Below are positions 46,951 to 58,878 of a stretch of 64,000 bases of DNA, one piece after another. The first letter of the stretch is position 1, and the number at the start of each line of letters is the position of its first letter. Source of the stretch: Vicugna vicugna (lineage: Eukaryota); the NCBI GenBank assembly GCA_013265495.1, contig MU058337.1:3068686-3132685 (forward strand), in the 5' to 3' direction. The notes under the pieces were generated by a model, which was given only the letters and a program-made list of their open reading frames with translations, made no database searches and had not been told where the DNA came from. The position numbers and the translations under genes were made by a program.

Positions 46951-49599
46951 TGGTTTTTAAATGGAAAATATTTTAACAAAATGTATCCAAAACAATGCCC
47001 AAAATTAAGGAATACTGCAGTATATTTACATTTATCTTCACAATCCTGTGTTTTTTATAATATATCTCTTTAGAGAATTTCCATGGAATTAGCAGCTGCA
47101 TGGGTAATACAAAAACAAAAATAATGTCCGAATTCATCTTTGTTTTATATTTAACTTTTTCATCTAAGCCCTTTACAAGATCTGTCATTATGCACAAAAT
47201 GTGGCTTATATTATATATTTCCTGAAACATCAGTAAAAATAAATCATTACCCGTCAGCATCAACATTTACTTCTAAGATGATGTTTATCTTGCGTTTCCC
47301 AGGTGAGGTGGTAGCTGGATTAAAACTCCGTGGTTGCTGCATCTCTGATGTCTTATCCCATAATACTCACAGAAAATGTGAAGTCAAGAAAAATGGAAAA
47401 TTATACATGTCAGATACATATATCAGCAATGATGCTAATTTAATAGAGTTCTAATTTATCATTAGCTAAGTTTTCCTTTGTGTGATCTGAACTAGGGCCT
47501 CAATCACCACTAATCATTTATGACATTTATAAAACTGTGTTTCAAGTGATTTTATAAAACTGGCTATATAAAATGTTAAAAATGAACATTATTGTTCTCA
47601 AACACTTAGATACTGGTCAAGAAAGCAAAGCAATTTTAGTGGAAAGTAATGCCAGATAAAACAACCAAAAGGGTGATAACCAACTTGGTAGTGACCTAAT
47701 TATTTCAAAACAGGAATTTGGGGCTTCAGGCATATAGATTTTGTTTTAAGAATCATTCACCATGGACTAGCACTTATGATGTACGAGGCAATTTGATAGA
47801 TGTGGTGAAGAGAGTGAACAGAAATATTTTGAGGATGCTGAGGCCACTGCAGGAAGTGCTGACTTCTGTCTCTCATGGGCCCATGCGAGTCCTTGCTGAA
47901 ATCAGGGGACAAGCTGCCCCAGCTTACTCTGGGAACTTGCATCATTCGGTGCTGCTGGGAACACCCCCAACTTCATCCACATTTTCTCAGGTGTCTTCAG
48001 CCACTCTCTCGGTTCCAAACTGACGCTTAGTGGCCGGGCGGGGGGCTTTCTGTTGCAATTCCTTGTCTGCTGCTGATGCTGGATGGCCACTGTGTGCAAA
48101 TCACTGCGCCTTATGAGAGGTTTTCATCACAGCAAAGTCAATTCCTTCATTTTGTAATTTTTGACATTGTCAAGGAAGGTTAAGTTTTTCTGGAATTAAC
48201 ACTGAGGTATTCTGTGTGAATTGCTTAGCTTTATTTTTTTAGTGGCAGAGGTGGCGAGATCCCAGGAGAGCAGTGATGAGCCCTGGGGATCTGGAAAGGA
48301 GAGCTCTTCCGCCCCAGCCATTACTCACCAAAGGAGGGCACTGGAAGGTGAAGGCAACTACTGTCAAACCCAGCGTTTCATTAGTGGATGGATAATGAAA
48401 GGCAGTTGAGACTCCCCATAATTTCAGAGTTTTAAAATTTACTTGCAACCACTTAAAAACATTTATATCTGAATTATAAATCAGTAAGTGCTCATTTAGA
48501 AGAGATTTGTGTATATAAGCCACATAAAAATTAAGAGGATTAAAACTAAGCTGAACCATTTTGTGTTTTATCCTAATGGCAATCTTTTGTTTTGCTTGTT
48601 TTTCTAATACACGATCATTCCTTGATTCTTCAGGTTTGTCTTCTAGTACTGGTATGAACCTGACAAACTTTATAGATTTTAAAATGCCATATTTTATCAA
48701 ATATGAGAGATACACATTTTTATATACCTTGACTTCTTGGAATGTGTCTTGCATTTGCCATCAACCAGGCCACAGACAGGACATCTCTTTTACTGCTTTG
48801 CATGGATATGCATGGGTTAGAGCTTGTTAGAGTGTCCTCATTTTTAAATTAGTTAAGTATTTTTAGTTTAATTGGGGGTTTAATTGCAATGAAATTCTAT
48901 TTACAAAGATTGCATCATCATGAAAAAGCATTAAAACAAAAAGGTACTGTGTCTACAGGAAAAAATGGAACTCAAACAGCAGAGTAAATTCCACATCGGT
49001 GAAGAGCATATCTATCATTGGAGGAATGATTACAATTTCATATTTCCTTGCAAAGTAGCAAGAATATGCTTTGTGAGACCTGAAGAAGTAAGATGTCCAG
49101 AAGTTTGAAGTTCTACTGTGTTTTGCTTGAGGTAGGATTGCGTGTATCACAAGCCATGAAGCTGATGTCAAGATAAATTCCCAAATAGCTAAAAATAGGT
49201 GAAAAAATTCAAAGCAAAGAGATGCTGGTGTGACAGATTTATGCATCAAATGGGACTATCGTTAAGGTGTCAAGCATCAATTTGTCAGGAATTTCCTGCT
49301 GATGTTGAGCAAAAGACAGTAACAACACACTCTTTTTAGAAATGCTGCATCACCAATGCTCCCGTTGCCACATAGCACTGGACTGTGTTTAAGGAAAAAA
49401 GACACTGATTATTCTAAGTTGAAAAGTGACTCAGAAGACTTGGACTCTGAATATGAAGTAACATCAAACTTAAGTTTATTTCACCTTTTTTTTTTTGTAT
49501 GCCCAAGTATGATATGATAAAAATCTTTAAACTTTAAGAGAACTCTCACTAAATATAAAGTAAATATTCTTTGTGTTAAGGAAAATACATACTTAGAAA

Positions 49600-50130
49600 T
49601 CTGTCTACAGAAGTCTATAGATGGGAGGTGGCAACACATTTTAGGCAAAGGGAACAGAACATGAAAGGCCTTGAGAAAGAGGAATCATCACACGTCTGAT
49701 GTATTAAAATGAAACTGAGGAGACCTGACAAAAGAGATTGAGGAAGAGAGTTTCATGCGGTGAAAATGAGGGCCCGTCAGAGCCTAAATCATGCTGCCCT
49801 TGAAGGCCGAGTTAATACATATATATTTTTTATATTATCTAATCGTTGAGCCCATTTGACAGATGTAGAAAAGAGAGATCAACACAGAGCGATGGTAACA
49901 CAGTGAGGCAGGAGATGGTGCTGAGAACGATTCTAAGGTTCTTGTATTTGATCAGCAAGATAGGAAGGCTGCAGAAGGCTCAGAGTCAAGGAAAAGGGCA
50001 TGAGTCAGTTTGGGACTTAATCAGAGCTGAAGAGTTTGGACGCTGTAGTATTTGCGAATAGACATCTGGATAGTTCAAATTTCTTATCCTGCACAGTGAT
50101 AGGAATTTTGGAAAGAAGTCTAGGCTGACC
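49600..50130 (-). mobile_element. L2 fragment
   Basis: CATTTTAGGCAAAGGGAACAGAACATGAAAGGCCTTGAG...TGAGTCAGTTTGGGAC...AAGAAGTCTAGGCTG. Confidence 0.6.
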
Positions 50131-50139
50131 TAGGACATT

Positions 50140-51665
50140 TGAAGTTCTCCATACCCTACAATGGAGTAACTGCATTCCTTGGAATCTATATTGGAAAAGG
50201 TAGTGGACTGGAATATTGTACAGAAACATTCATAGAAGCCTGGATTATAATAGTGAAAAATATTGGGAAAGACTCAAATAGCCACCCACAAATTGTGGTA
50301 CATTCAGAAAATGCACCGTTGACAGCAATTAAAATAATCTACAACCACCTCACACCATACCTCTGGCTATAGTTTCTTCATTGGGTAGTGATCAGCTGTG
50401 CGTTCACTATTTAATGACGCATTAAACTGTCCATTCATGTTTTATATAATTTTAAGTACAGATGCTATATTTTACATTATATGATATGCCTATATATGTT
50501 AATTATATATATACACAAGATGAATATAAATACACAAATGCATATACATATTGATATCAAATGGGGAGCAATGAAACTAAGAAATGTTAAAAAATTAGAT
50601 GGATAAAATAAATTTTTTAATGCTTCTTTTGGACAGAAATTACATGAAACAAGAGAAAAGGCTTATTGTGATGTTGGAGAGGAAGACTCTAAGCATCATA
50701 GAATCATTTCTCCCTTTGACAATATCCTGATAAAATACCAACAGGGGTTCTTTTTAACTACACTATTTGTTTTTAAATCTATATGGAAGTAAAGGAACAG
50801 ATAAAAATACCTAGGGAAATTCCAGAAAACAAGTAGGGAGTAGTCACTACAATGAACAGAAACTGAAACATACTGTGTAGACCAGACACAATGTTCTATG
50901 AATCTGGCCTAGGAATAGGCAAGAACCATGGAACACACTAGTAATCCAGAGACAGACGTAAGTGGACACGGGAATTTGGTGTTAGTTGGCGTCCAAGTGT
51001 GTTAGACAAGGCAGAGTTGGACAATTCCGTAAACAACGCACACATCATAGCCCAGCTTCTGTAAAAAAAAAAAAGTAAACATGGATTCATACTTCCTACC
51101 TGAATTACACAATTTCAATGGATCCAAAACATAAATGTTAAAAAATAAAATTATCTAAGTGCTAAATACGTGAGAGAATCATTATGAGCATTTGGAGTGA
51201 GGAAAGGTTTTCTCCTGTGATTCAACTGAGAAGTCATAGAAGAGAGATTAATAAATACACCACTTACAATTTAAATGTTACCATTTAAAATTATGGGGAG
51301 AAAAGAGCAACAAGAGCAAAGCTGTACAAGAGACGAGTTGGAAAAATCTACTTTCATCAAATACCAACATCAAAGGGCCAACCTTCCTCAAATATGTACC
51401 AATCACTATTAATGTATAAAAAAGAACAAACACTCAATAGAATAGTAAATGCAGCCAGTTACACACACACACACAATACAATTAACTTTTAAGTGTTGGA
51501 AAATATGGTCAGATATATTTGTAAGAACAACACAAATTACATCCTACATTGATACACAGTTTCCTCCATCAGATTAGAACAGTCTAAAAGCTTAATAAAG
51601 AATCTTGAAGCAGGCCTTTGTCCACACCCATGGAAAGCAGGCTGGCAGTATCTGTGAAAACTGGG
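50140..51665 (+). mobile_element. old L1ME/L1M fragments
   Basis: A-rich degenerate L1 motifs (CATTCCTTGGAATCTAT, AAATTGTGGTACATTC, AATCCAGAGACAGAC, CAATGGATCCAAAACATAAATGT, CATCAGATTAG); likely more than one piece. Confidence 0.65.
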
Positions 51666-51671
51666 ATGTGT

Positions 51672-52065
51672 GTGAACAGGAACAGAAAATAACACCCCAG
51701 AATGTGACTGTAGTAAGCAGTTCAGAACAGGCTACCCTCAAATGCGATGCTTCGGTATATTGATTATTTTGAGCTACAGGTACTTGAGAAAGAGCAAATA
51801 CAGCGAGAGCCTTTTTCTGGATTCCCCTTATCTGCATAATGACAAATCTTCCAGAAGGAACTCAGTTGTCATAAACTCCCTCCCCAGAAGTATCTCAACC
51901 AGGGAAGGCTGACTTATCACAGGAGAGACGAGAAGTCACTGGGCAAACTGTCACAAACTGTCAGATTTCCCATCTGCTCTTCTAAGGGGACATTCATCTT
52001 CCCTAAAAAATTACTAAGTCTCTCCAAAAAGGCCTCTGCCCCCTCCCTTGTCCCAATTAATATGG
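51672..52065 (+). mobile_element. MER34-like ERV1 LTR, 3'-truncated
   Basis: GTTCAGAACAGGCTACCCTCAAATG...GGTATATTGATTATTTTGAGCTACAGGTACTTGAGAAAGAGCAAATACAG. Confidence 0.7.
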
Positions 52066-54523
52066 TAAATAGATTTTTATTTCTTCTTTTCTTTCCTCCA
52101 TCCTCATATTTTTCCTTCAGTTTCTCCTTCCCTCCCTCCCATCCTTCTCTTACTTTATATTTATTCCATGAAGGACCATCCAGTTGGTGCAGCACTGCTA
52201 AACCTAGTTTTCACTGCACTGTAGTTTGGGAAATTACCTCACAGATTCTGGCATCAGTTTATCTGTCATGTGTGGGCATTTTTCTTCTGCGACGTGTTAC
52301 AACTTCTTTCTACATGGGGATGTTTTAGTGGATGTTTAGAAGCAGAACATTCAAAGAAGGAAAAGTTGGCACATTCTCGAAGACATACTTCTACATTTCA
52401 ATTATAAAATGTGATATGGTCTTTAAATTTTATTGTGGTCTTTAAATACAGCTAATTTCTTCTTGGCGTTGAACAGTAATGATTGGTATTTGCCTTTATA
52501 CTTTCAGCAAAGTGTATTAGTGACAATCATGTTTTGGCATTATTCATAGTACCTTCTTTCCCTATAAAAACTGAATTATAAAATAAAAAACTGATTTAAA
52601 TAAAATTAAACAAAAAATCTTTGTGTTAACATTTTTCAAAATTTGAAAGCTGAAATCAGGCTATTTTAAAAATCAGGTTAGGTCCAAATCATACCCTAGA
52701 GCAATTTATAATCTCTACTTCTGTCCCCCATCATTCCACCTGTCTCATGCCTGCACGCGTGTGCGCGTGTGCGCAGACACACACGCAGAGCCAGAGAAAG
52801 ACACAGAGACTTCTGTGTCATGAACAAAAGTAGTGAGATTGTTTCAACATTAAGATACCACAAACAATACTTTAAAAATACTATCTGCGTAGTCTGCTGC
52901 TTTATTGAAAGTTTTTAAGCCTGTAAACCATTAAAACTATTGATTTGGGGGGGTCTTCTGAAATTAAACTATCAAGTATCCTTGTGCACTTGATAGGTTA
53001 TTGATTTCCTTCAGAAAGATTTAAAGAAATGTGATGAGACCAAAAGATCAAAGAGAAACTAAATTTTGTTTAGCACATCGCCTCATAACCAGGAGGGGTT
53101 TTTTTTAACCCATTAATATTTTCTTAACTATATGTTTCTCCTTTTTTAAAAAATAGTCTATTGATTAAATGATTCTAGGAAATAAACATTTTAATATTGT
53201 AATGTTGTTGAACATTGGTCATAAAAATATACTAACAAAAATCAACGTATTTAAGAAGAAAAGCCAATAAAAGACCTTGTTGCCTAAAAGTTTATCATCA
53301 TTTTTTACTTTCTGACTACAATGCTAGGTGATTGTGGTTTTCCTCAACCAGATTCATTTTCATCACATATTTTAAGTTCGCAAACAATTCCCCTCTGCAG
53401 ATTCTTCCGAATTCATGTATCCTTCCAATCATTCACTCCACCCCCAGACCCATGTTGTCGTGTGCCTTCCATGATTTGTTATGTGGGAGACGAAGAAGGA
53501 AGCTCAGTCCCAAATTTAAATCCTTTTGCTTCAAGGGAGGAGCTGGGAGTCAGGGGGTGCGATGAGGTCCGGGACTTAGCACAGGAGCTGCTCACTAAAT
53601 GCTTCCACACTTTCCATGCTGCGTCATCTACATTTCAGCGCATTTAAACTGAGGACCAAAAAAGAAAAGGAGATGGCTGCTGGAGAGTTGTAAGGAGGTC
53701 ATTCCAGGCAGAGAAAAAAAAAGTTGGTTTAAAGACCTTGGAGAATGAAAGCGTTTAGCATTTTTGACAATCTGAAAGAAAACCAAGGAGCAATCAGAAA
53801 ATAGTCAGGACCTGGTCATGTGTAACCTTACAGACTTTGAAGAAAATACTAATTTTTAATGGAATGTGTAACACTGTACTTTAGACTAAATGAGCACATC
53901 ATAAATGATGGCTGAATGAGTGAGTTAATTAGATAATGCGAATGAGACCACCTATTAATTATACTAAATAAATGCTTAAATGTGTTCATGTGTACGTGAG
54001 TGTGTGTGTGTGTTTGTGTAGTTACCAAGGGAACAAGATTCCAAATAATTGGTAATGGTGGTTTTTATATTTGTATCTTATTTATTTTTAAAGATTTTCA
54101 CCATAAATATTTATTCTATTAGATGCAAGAATAAACTCTATTGTTTTTAATTATGTCTTACAACTTCTCTTTATTCTCATTTTTAAGACAACATTGTGTC
54201 TATAATCAGTGTTAGTCGGAGCCATGATTTATCATTAGACTATGCCCTAAATTATTATATACTTTCATTTAGTTGATTTTCATATTTCAGGCATAAATTT
54301 ATCCTTTCAATTTGATACATAATTGCGTGAACTTGCTACTTAATTGTACATGCTTTGCTGAAACAAAATAAATATTAGGACTAATAGATTTGATACAAGG
54401 ATTCATGCTTTAGTCCTGAAAGATTTTCTTAAACTAGCTTGAAAAACTAGTTCCAAGATGCTAGGCAAAAATGTCTACCTTGGTATGTTTTTAAAATTCT
54501 AGGTTAAATAAAGTTGAAAAGTT

Positions 54524-54545
54524 TGTGTGTGTGTGTGTGTGTGTG
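54524..54545. repeat. (TG)11 microsatellite
   Basis: perfect TG run. Confidence 0.95.
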
Positions 54546-54724
54546 GTGTTGTCATTGTTGTGGATCTCCAGGGATGTGCACTAGGAGGTGAAGAGGGTGA
54601 AATATTTTTCCATGGTATTTTGATACCACAGCTCATCAGAATAGGTATTATAATCTCCTCCAGGTAGTGATCTAAAGAATACCCATGAGGATTGTGTTCT
54701 TGCTCTGAGAGGTAAATAACTCAG

Positions 54725-54900
54725 CGTGGTACAACGGTAACCCCAGTGAGCCACACATTAGAAGAATTCAATTTCTAGTTCTGACAGTGAAAAATGCCTA
54801 GACGTGTGAGCAAGATCATTTAAACTATCTAATCCTCAGTTTATTTAGTTGTAATAATAAACAGCTAATATCTTATCTTTATAAGATAGGTTAGGCCTCA
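54725..54900 (+). mobile_element. MIR fragment
   Basis: AGCGTGGTACAACGGTAA...GTGTGAGCAAGATCATTTAAAC...CCTCAGTTTATTTAGTTGTAA. Confidence 0.55.
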
Positions 54901-56350
54901 TAAAATAATATTTAAATTCTACAAAAATTTCATCTAGTTATTAATTTTAAAATCCTGACATTCCCATATATTTGTATTGTAACATAATGGTAAAACCATA
55001 TTGAAAACTCTATCAGTGCAAAGAGCCTGTATTTATTTCTATTAGGACTTTTCTTTAAAAAGAATAGAATTAGATGTTGAGAGAATTAGATGGTCCACAC
55101 TGAAGCAGAAGACCTGGTTCCTAAAATTCCCTTTCCTGAGGGAAGAGAGGGATTGGGACTTTTAATATGAGCTTTGGTAATCTTTTATCCAAGTCTCCTT
55201 TACCTGACAAATCAATAATTAAACTTCCGACCTGTGACAGCGATGTTATTATCCAAACTTTAAAGCAAGAAAAGTCAACAATTTATCACAGAGAATATAA
55301 ACATATGAAGGCATCCAGTTAATTACTTTAAAAGGTTATGCCATTATAATTTACAGGTGCCAAAGAGCAAGCTGCACTTTCCAGTTACCGATTCCGTTTC
55401 TTCAGAGGTTATAACATGCACCTGCTGCCCACGCAAAATGTGAAGTGTGCTGCCTTCATCGCACTGAACCTAAGGGGAAGAATGTAGAAATCTCCCTCTC
55501 CACTGTAAAGCAGTGCCCAAAATAAAGACACACGGCTCATTTTCCTAAAACAGAAGTAGAGTATCAATCATCATATTTTTGATGTGTTTTCATATTATAA
55601 AATAATCTTGGTGCTTACACCAATCTGTTATCATAATAAAAAAAGATTTTTGGACTTATTTTGTCCTCTAAATATAACAAGATGTCACTGGCTTTTAAAT
55701 CCTTGTCTTCCCATTAATTACATATTTGCTGAGACTAATTAGAAATAAATAGAGAATAATGATTCAAAGAACCACCATCTAGTATATTACTGATAGCATT
55801 TTCATACAGTGGCTTCCAGCCATTTTCTAATTGTGTACTTCCGTTGTCAAATACGAACGTTCCTCCTTTTGCCGCGCAGTAGAGCACCGCAGACAAGCCC
55901 CTGTCTGCTTGGACCATTAACCAAATCCCCAGTACTTCTCTGTCTCCAACTACTGTGTGTTCGCTGTGCTCCTCTGTTTGTTGTAATTTTCTAATTACCT
56001 GGTAATTCTTACCACTTCATCTTCTCTGTTTTGAAATTTCTTCTCTTGTTTTCAGTACCTTCTTCATGTGTTTGATAATATTTGTTATTTTCCTCAAGGA
56101 ATTGTATTCAGTCAATTTCAGGGATTTAATGACAGCCTTAAAGAGTGTTCTTAAGGAATCCTCTTCATTGTCTTTATAGAAACTTGGCATTTTTACAATT
56201 TTTTTTCCCAAGTACTTGCTAATCCTCACTCCACGGGGACCATGATGTGGGTGAGACCCTGCTGGTACACCTTAGCTGAAGTTCTAGACCCATCACTTAG
56301 GATACTAATGAAAACAGCGGATATGGGAGCAAATATTTTGTCTATGGAGA

Positions 56351-56464
56351 TTTTTTTTTTAATATGGAACCCTTCATGAATTTGCGTGTCGTCTTTGCAC
56401 AGGGGCATTGCTAATCCTCTCTGTGTCATTCCAATTTTATCCTATGTGCTGCAGAACCGAGCAC
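56351..56464 (-). pseudogene. RNU6: retroposed full-length U6 snRNA pseudogene
   Basis: Minus strand GTGCTCGGTTCTGCAGCACATAGGATAAAATTGGAATGACACAGAGAGGATTAGCAATGCCCCTGTGCAAAGACGACACGCAAATTCATGAAGGGTTCCATATT followed by A10; about 15 mismatches in 104 nt to canonical U6 by hand; TSD TATGGAGATT at 56343-56352 and 56465-56474. Confidence 0.97.
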
Positions 56465-58804
56465 TATGGAGATTATTTTTATTTGATTTTAAATTGCCAT
56501 TATGTAATTTTTATCATTAGATTTAACATTGGGTCTTTTCCTTTTTGCGTTTAATTGTAATTAAATTCCCCATCTTGCATCAGAAATCTCTCATTTAAAT
56601 GTGAATTTAAATTTGAATGCCAAACATTTAAAATGTCAAATGTTTCATGATAGAAAATTTAACGTATTCTCTGTTCTCTTTTTCTGATTTTATCATGACC
56701 CCTAGAGTTTCAGTTATTAGTATTCTTTATATCAGTTTAAACACAAGCACAAACTCTGAATTATTTTTGCTTAGATAGTTATACAATTCAGTTGTTACTT
56801 AAAAATTGCCACTATTAAATTCAATCACATTAAAATTAGCAGAGGCTTGATCACTTCTTTCATATGGTAACACATTCCAGCTTTCAAGGGACTTGAAGCA
56901 GGAGCATAAAGGTAGTTTTTAACTGATAAAATTTAATGTGATCAAATTGTTAAGCCAATTGATTTAATTATCCAATGTATGTTTTCTAGGCAATCAGAGT
57001 AAGGAGAGGTTTATTTTGAAACTTCATCAAAACCTAGTCAACAATGCTGCAGTCGCACATGTTTAAAAGAGTTCACACATGTGGAGGAGAGGAAAAAAAC
57101 ACAACAGCTAGGAGGGACTTCAGAGAGGACGTCAAATTGGACTAACACGGGACTGAGTGTGGAACTGTGTTGGTCAGAGGTCAAAGAAAGTTGGTAGATG
57201 GACGAAGGGACTAGGGATCAATTAGGAGATCACAAGGCATTAAATCTACGCTTTGAGTTTTTCATCTTTACTGAAAAACATATTTGGTTATTACTTCTGA
57301 CCTTAAGGTTATAGTGTGCCAATTATTTCCATTCGTTCATTATATAAAATTCATTGTGATTGATCATAGAATAGGAACATGTTAGATTCTCGACTGTGAA
57401 GAGTAATAAATGTTCTTTGTTTCTTCAAGAAGTTCTGAAAGAGTCTAAAAAGATAAAATGTGATTATACTTAATACTAAATAAATGGAAATCCCATATTT
57501 AGAAGAAATTCAACGTGAAGTGGCACCCTGATGTGAGACTGAACACACTCCATACTAATGTCAATGGTTAGCGGTATCTAAAAGTTATTGTTCTGTGTTT
57601 TACACTGTCTGCACTTACACATTTAAAAATAGGAAATGCTTATTCAATAAGAATCGGGGATTCCTTTTAGTCGCTAAGAACTCATTCACGTATTTCATTC
57701 ACTGAAGTCATCTGGGGCTTTTCAGATGCCTATTATGACTCTGGAATTTCTTATGCTAAAACAAACAAAGTTCAGAGAGCAAATAGCCCAAGAGCAAGTT
57801 AAAAGTCCTCGAGGTATAAAGGTGCTAGATAATTTATGCCTTAGGAAACCCTCTGATTACAACTGATATGAGTTTCAAAAATAACCAGACTTAATAGACT
57901 AATTGTGAAAGATTAGTCTATTTATCTGAGCTAGTTAAACACTGCAGTAGACTGGAACCAATTAAATAAATAACTCTAATTCTATATTATTAACTTCAAA
58001 AGCCTCCAGTTCCCATCACTGCAGCGCTATGATAGGTAATTTTTTTTCAAAGCACAATTCCTTCCCCCCACAAAAGGAAGTGTAATTTGGCACATTTTTT
58101 AGTGAGTCTGCATACATCAGACTAAATATGGCCAATTGAATTTGCCATATTAGCCCTGCATATAAATAGAGCAGAATATCAAGTTGAAGTTTTGTATTTT
58201 AGGTGCAAGTAAGACTTCACCCAGATAAACTGTTTCAATGTATTTAACTCACTGTGTTCAAATAAATGAAATCAGTCTGATTCTTAAAGATGATCCTCTT
58301 TAAATCACATTTAATAACTTAATTTAAAATATGTTCCTGATCTCATTACCACAAAATCGAGTAACTCAAAAGTTCTAAAATAGTAGAGAAAAGAAAAACA
58401 AAAAAGGAGACTTATTCACAGACTCCGCCACTGCATGTGTCTGATACAAATGCAGTCTTACTTATTTATAGTCCCCATTGCCTAAACAAGAATATAAACT
58501 TTAATATTTTTATCTCAGAATTAAATGAAAACTCAGAGTCTAAATTCCTTAATTAAACGTTCTTAGCTCTGTCTTGGTTAAGTCTGAAAATAGTAAAAAT
58601 AAATGTAATATATTAAGTGGGGATTTAAAATAAAATGATCTCCATGGAAGAAATATTTGTTGATTACTTGAATGGTGTATTGGAAATATTAATGTAGATA
58701 CCCTTTACAGATGACTAATATGATAGTAACTGAAATGTTCAGAGTATTGAACTGAAAAGGAGATTTGGATATTTGTTGCCTAGATTTATTTGTCAAACTT
58801 GGCA

Positions 58805-58878
58805 TCCTCTCTTCCTCTCTTTCTCTCTCTCTCTTGCTTCCTCCCTCCCTCCCTCGCTCCCTCTCTCTCTCGCTTTCT
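58805..58878. repeat. polypyrimidine (CT/CCCT) low-complexity tract
   Basis: TCCTCTCTTCCTCTCTTTCTCTCTCTCTCTTGCTTCCTCCCTCCCTCCCTCGCTCCCTCTCTCTCTCGCTTTC. Confidence 0.85.

Noticed and set aside
55878..55900. Degenerate RE1-like TAGAGCACCGCAGACAAGCCC
   Set aside because: Only about 14 of 21 positions match, with mismatches at key positions in both halves.
57893..57922. 11-bp hairpin AATAGACTAAT/ATTAGTCTATT, and similar 8-9-bp stems near 52969, 58125, 58892 and 61872
   Set aside because: Stems this short are expected by chance in 64 kb of AT-rich DNA; no pre-miRNA-length stem is present.
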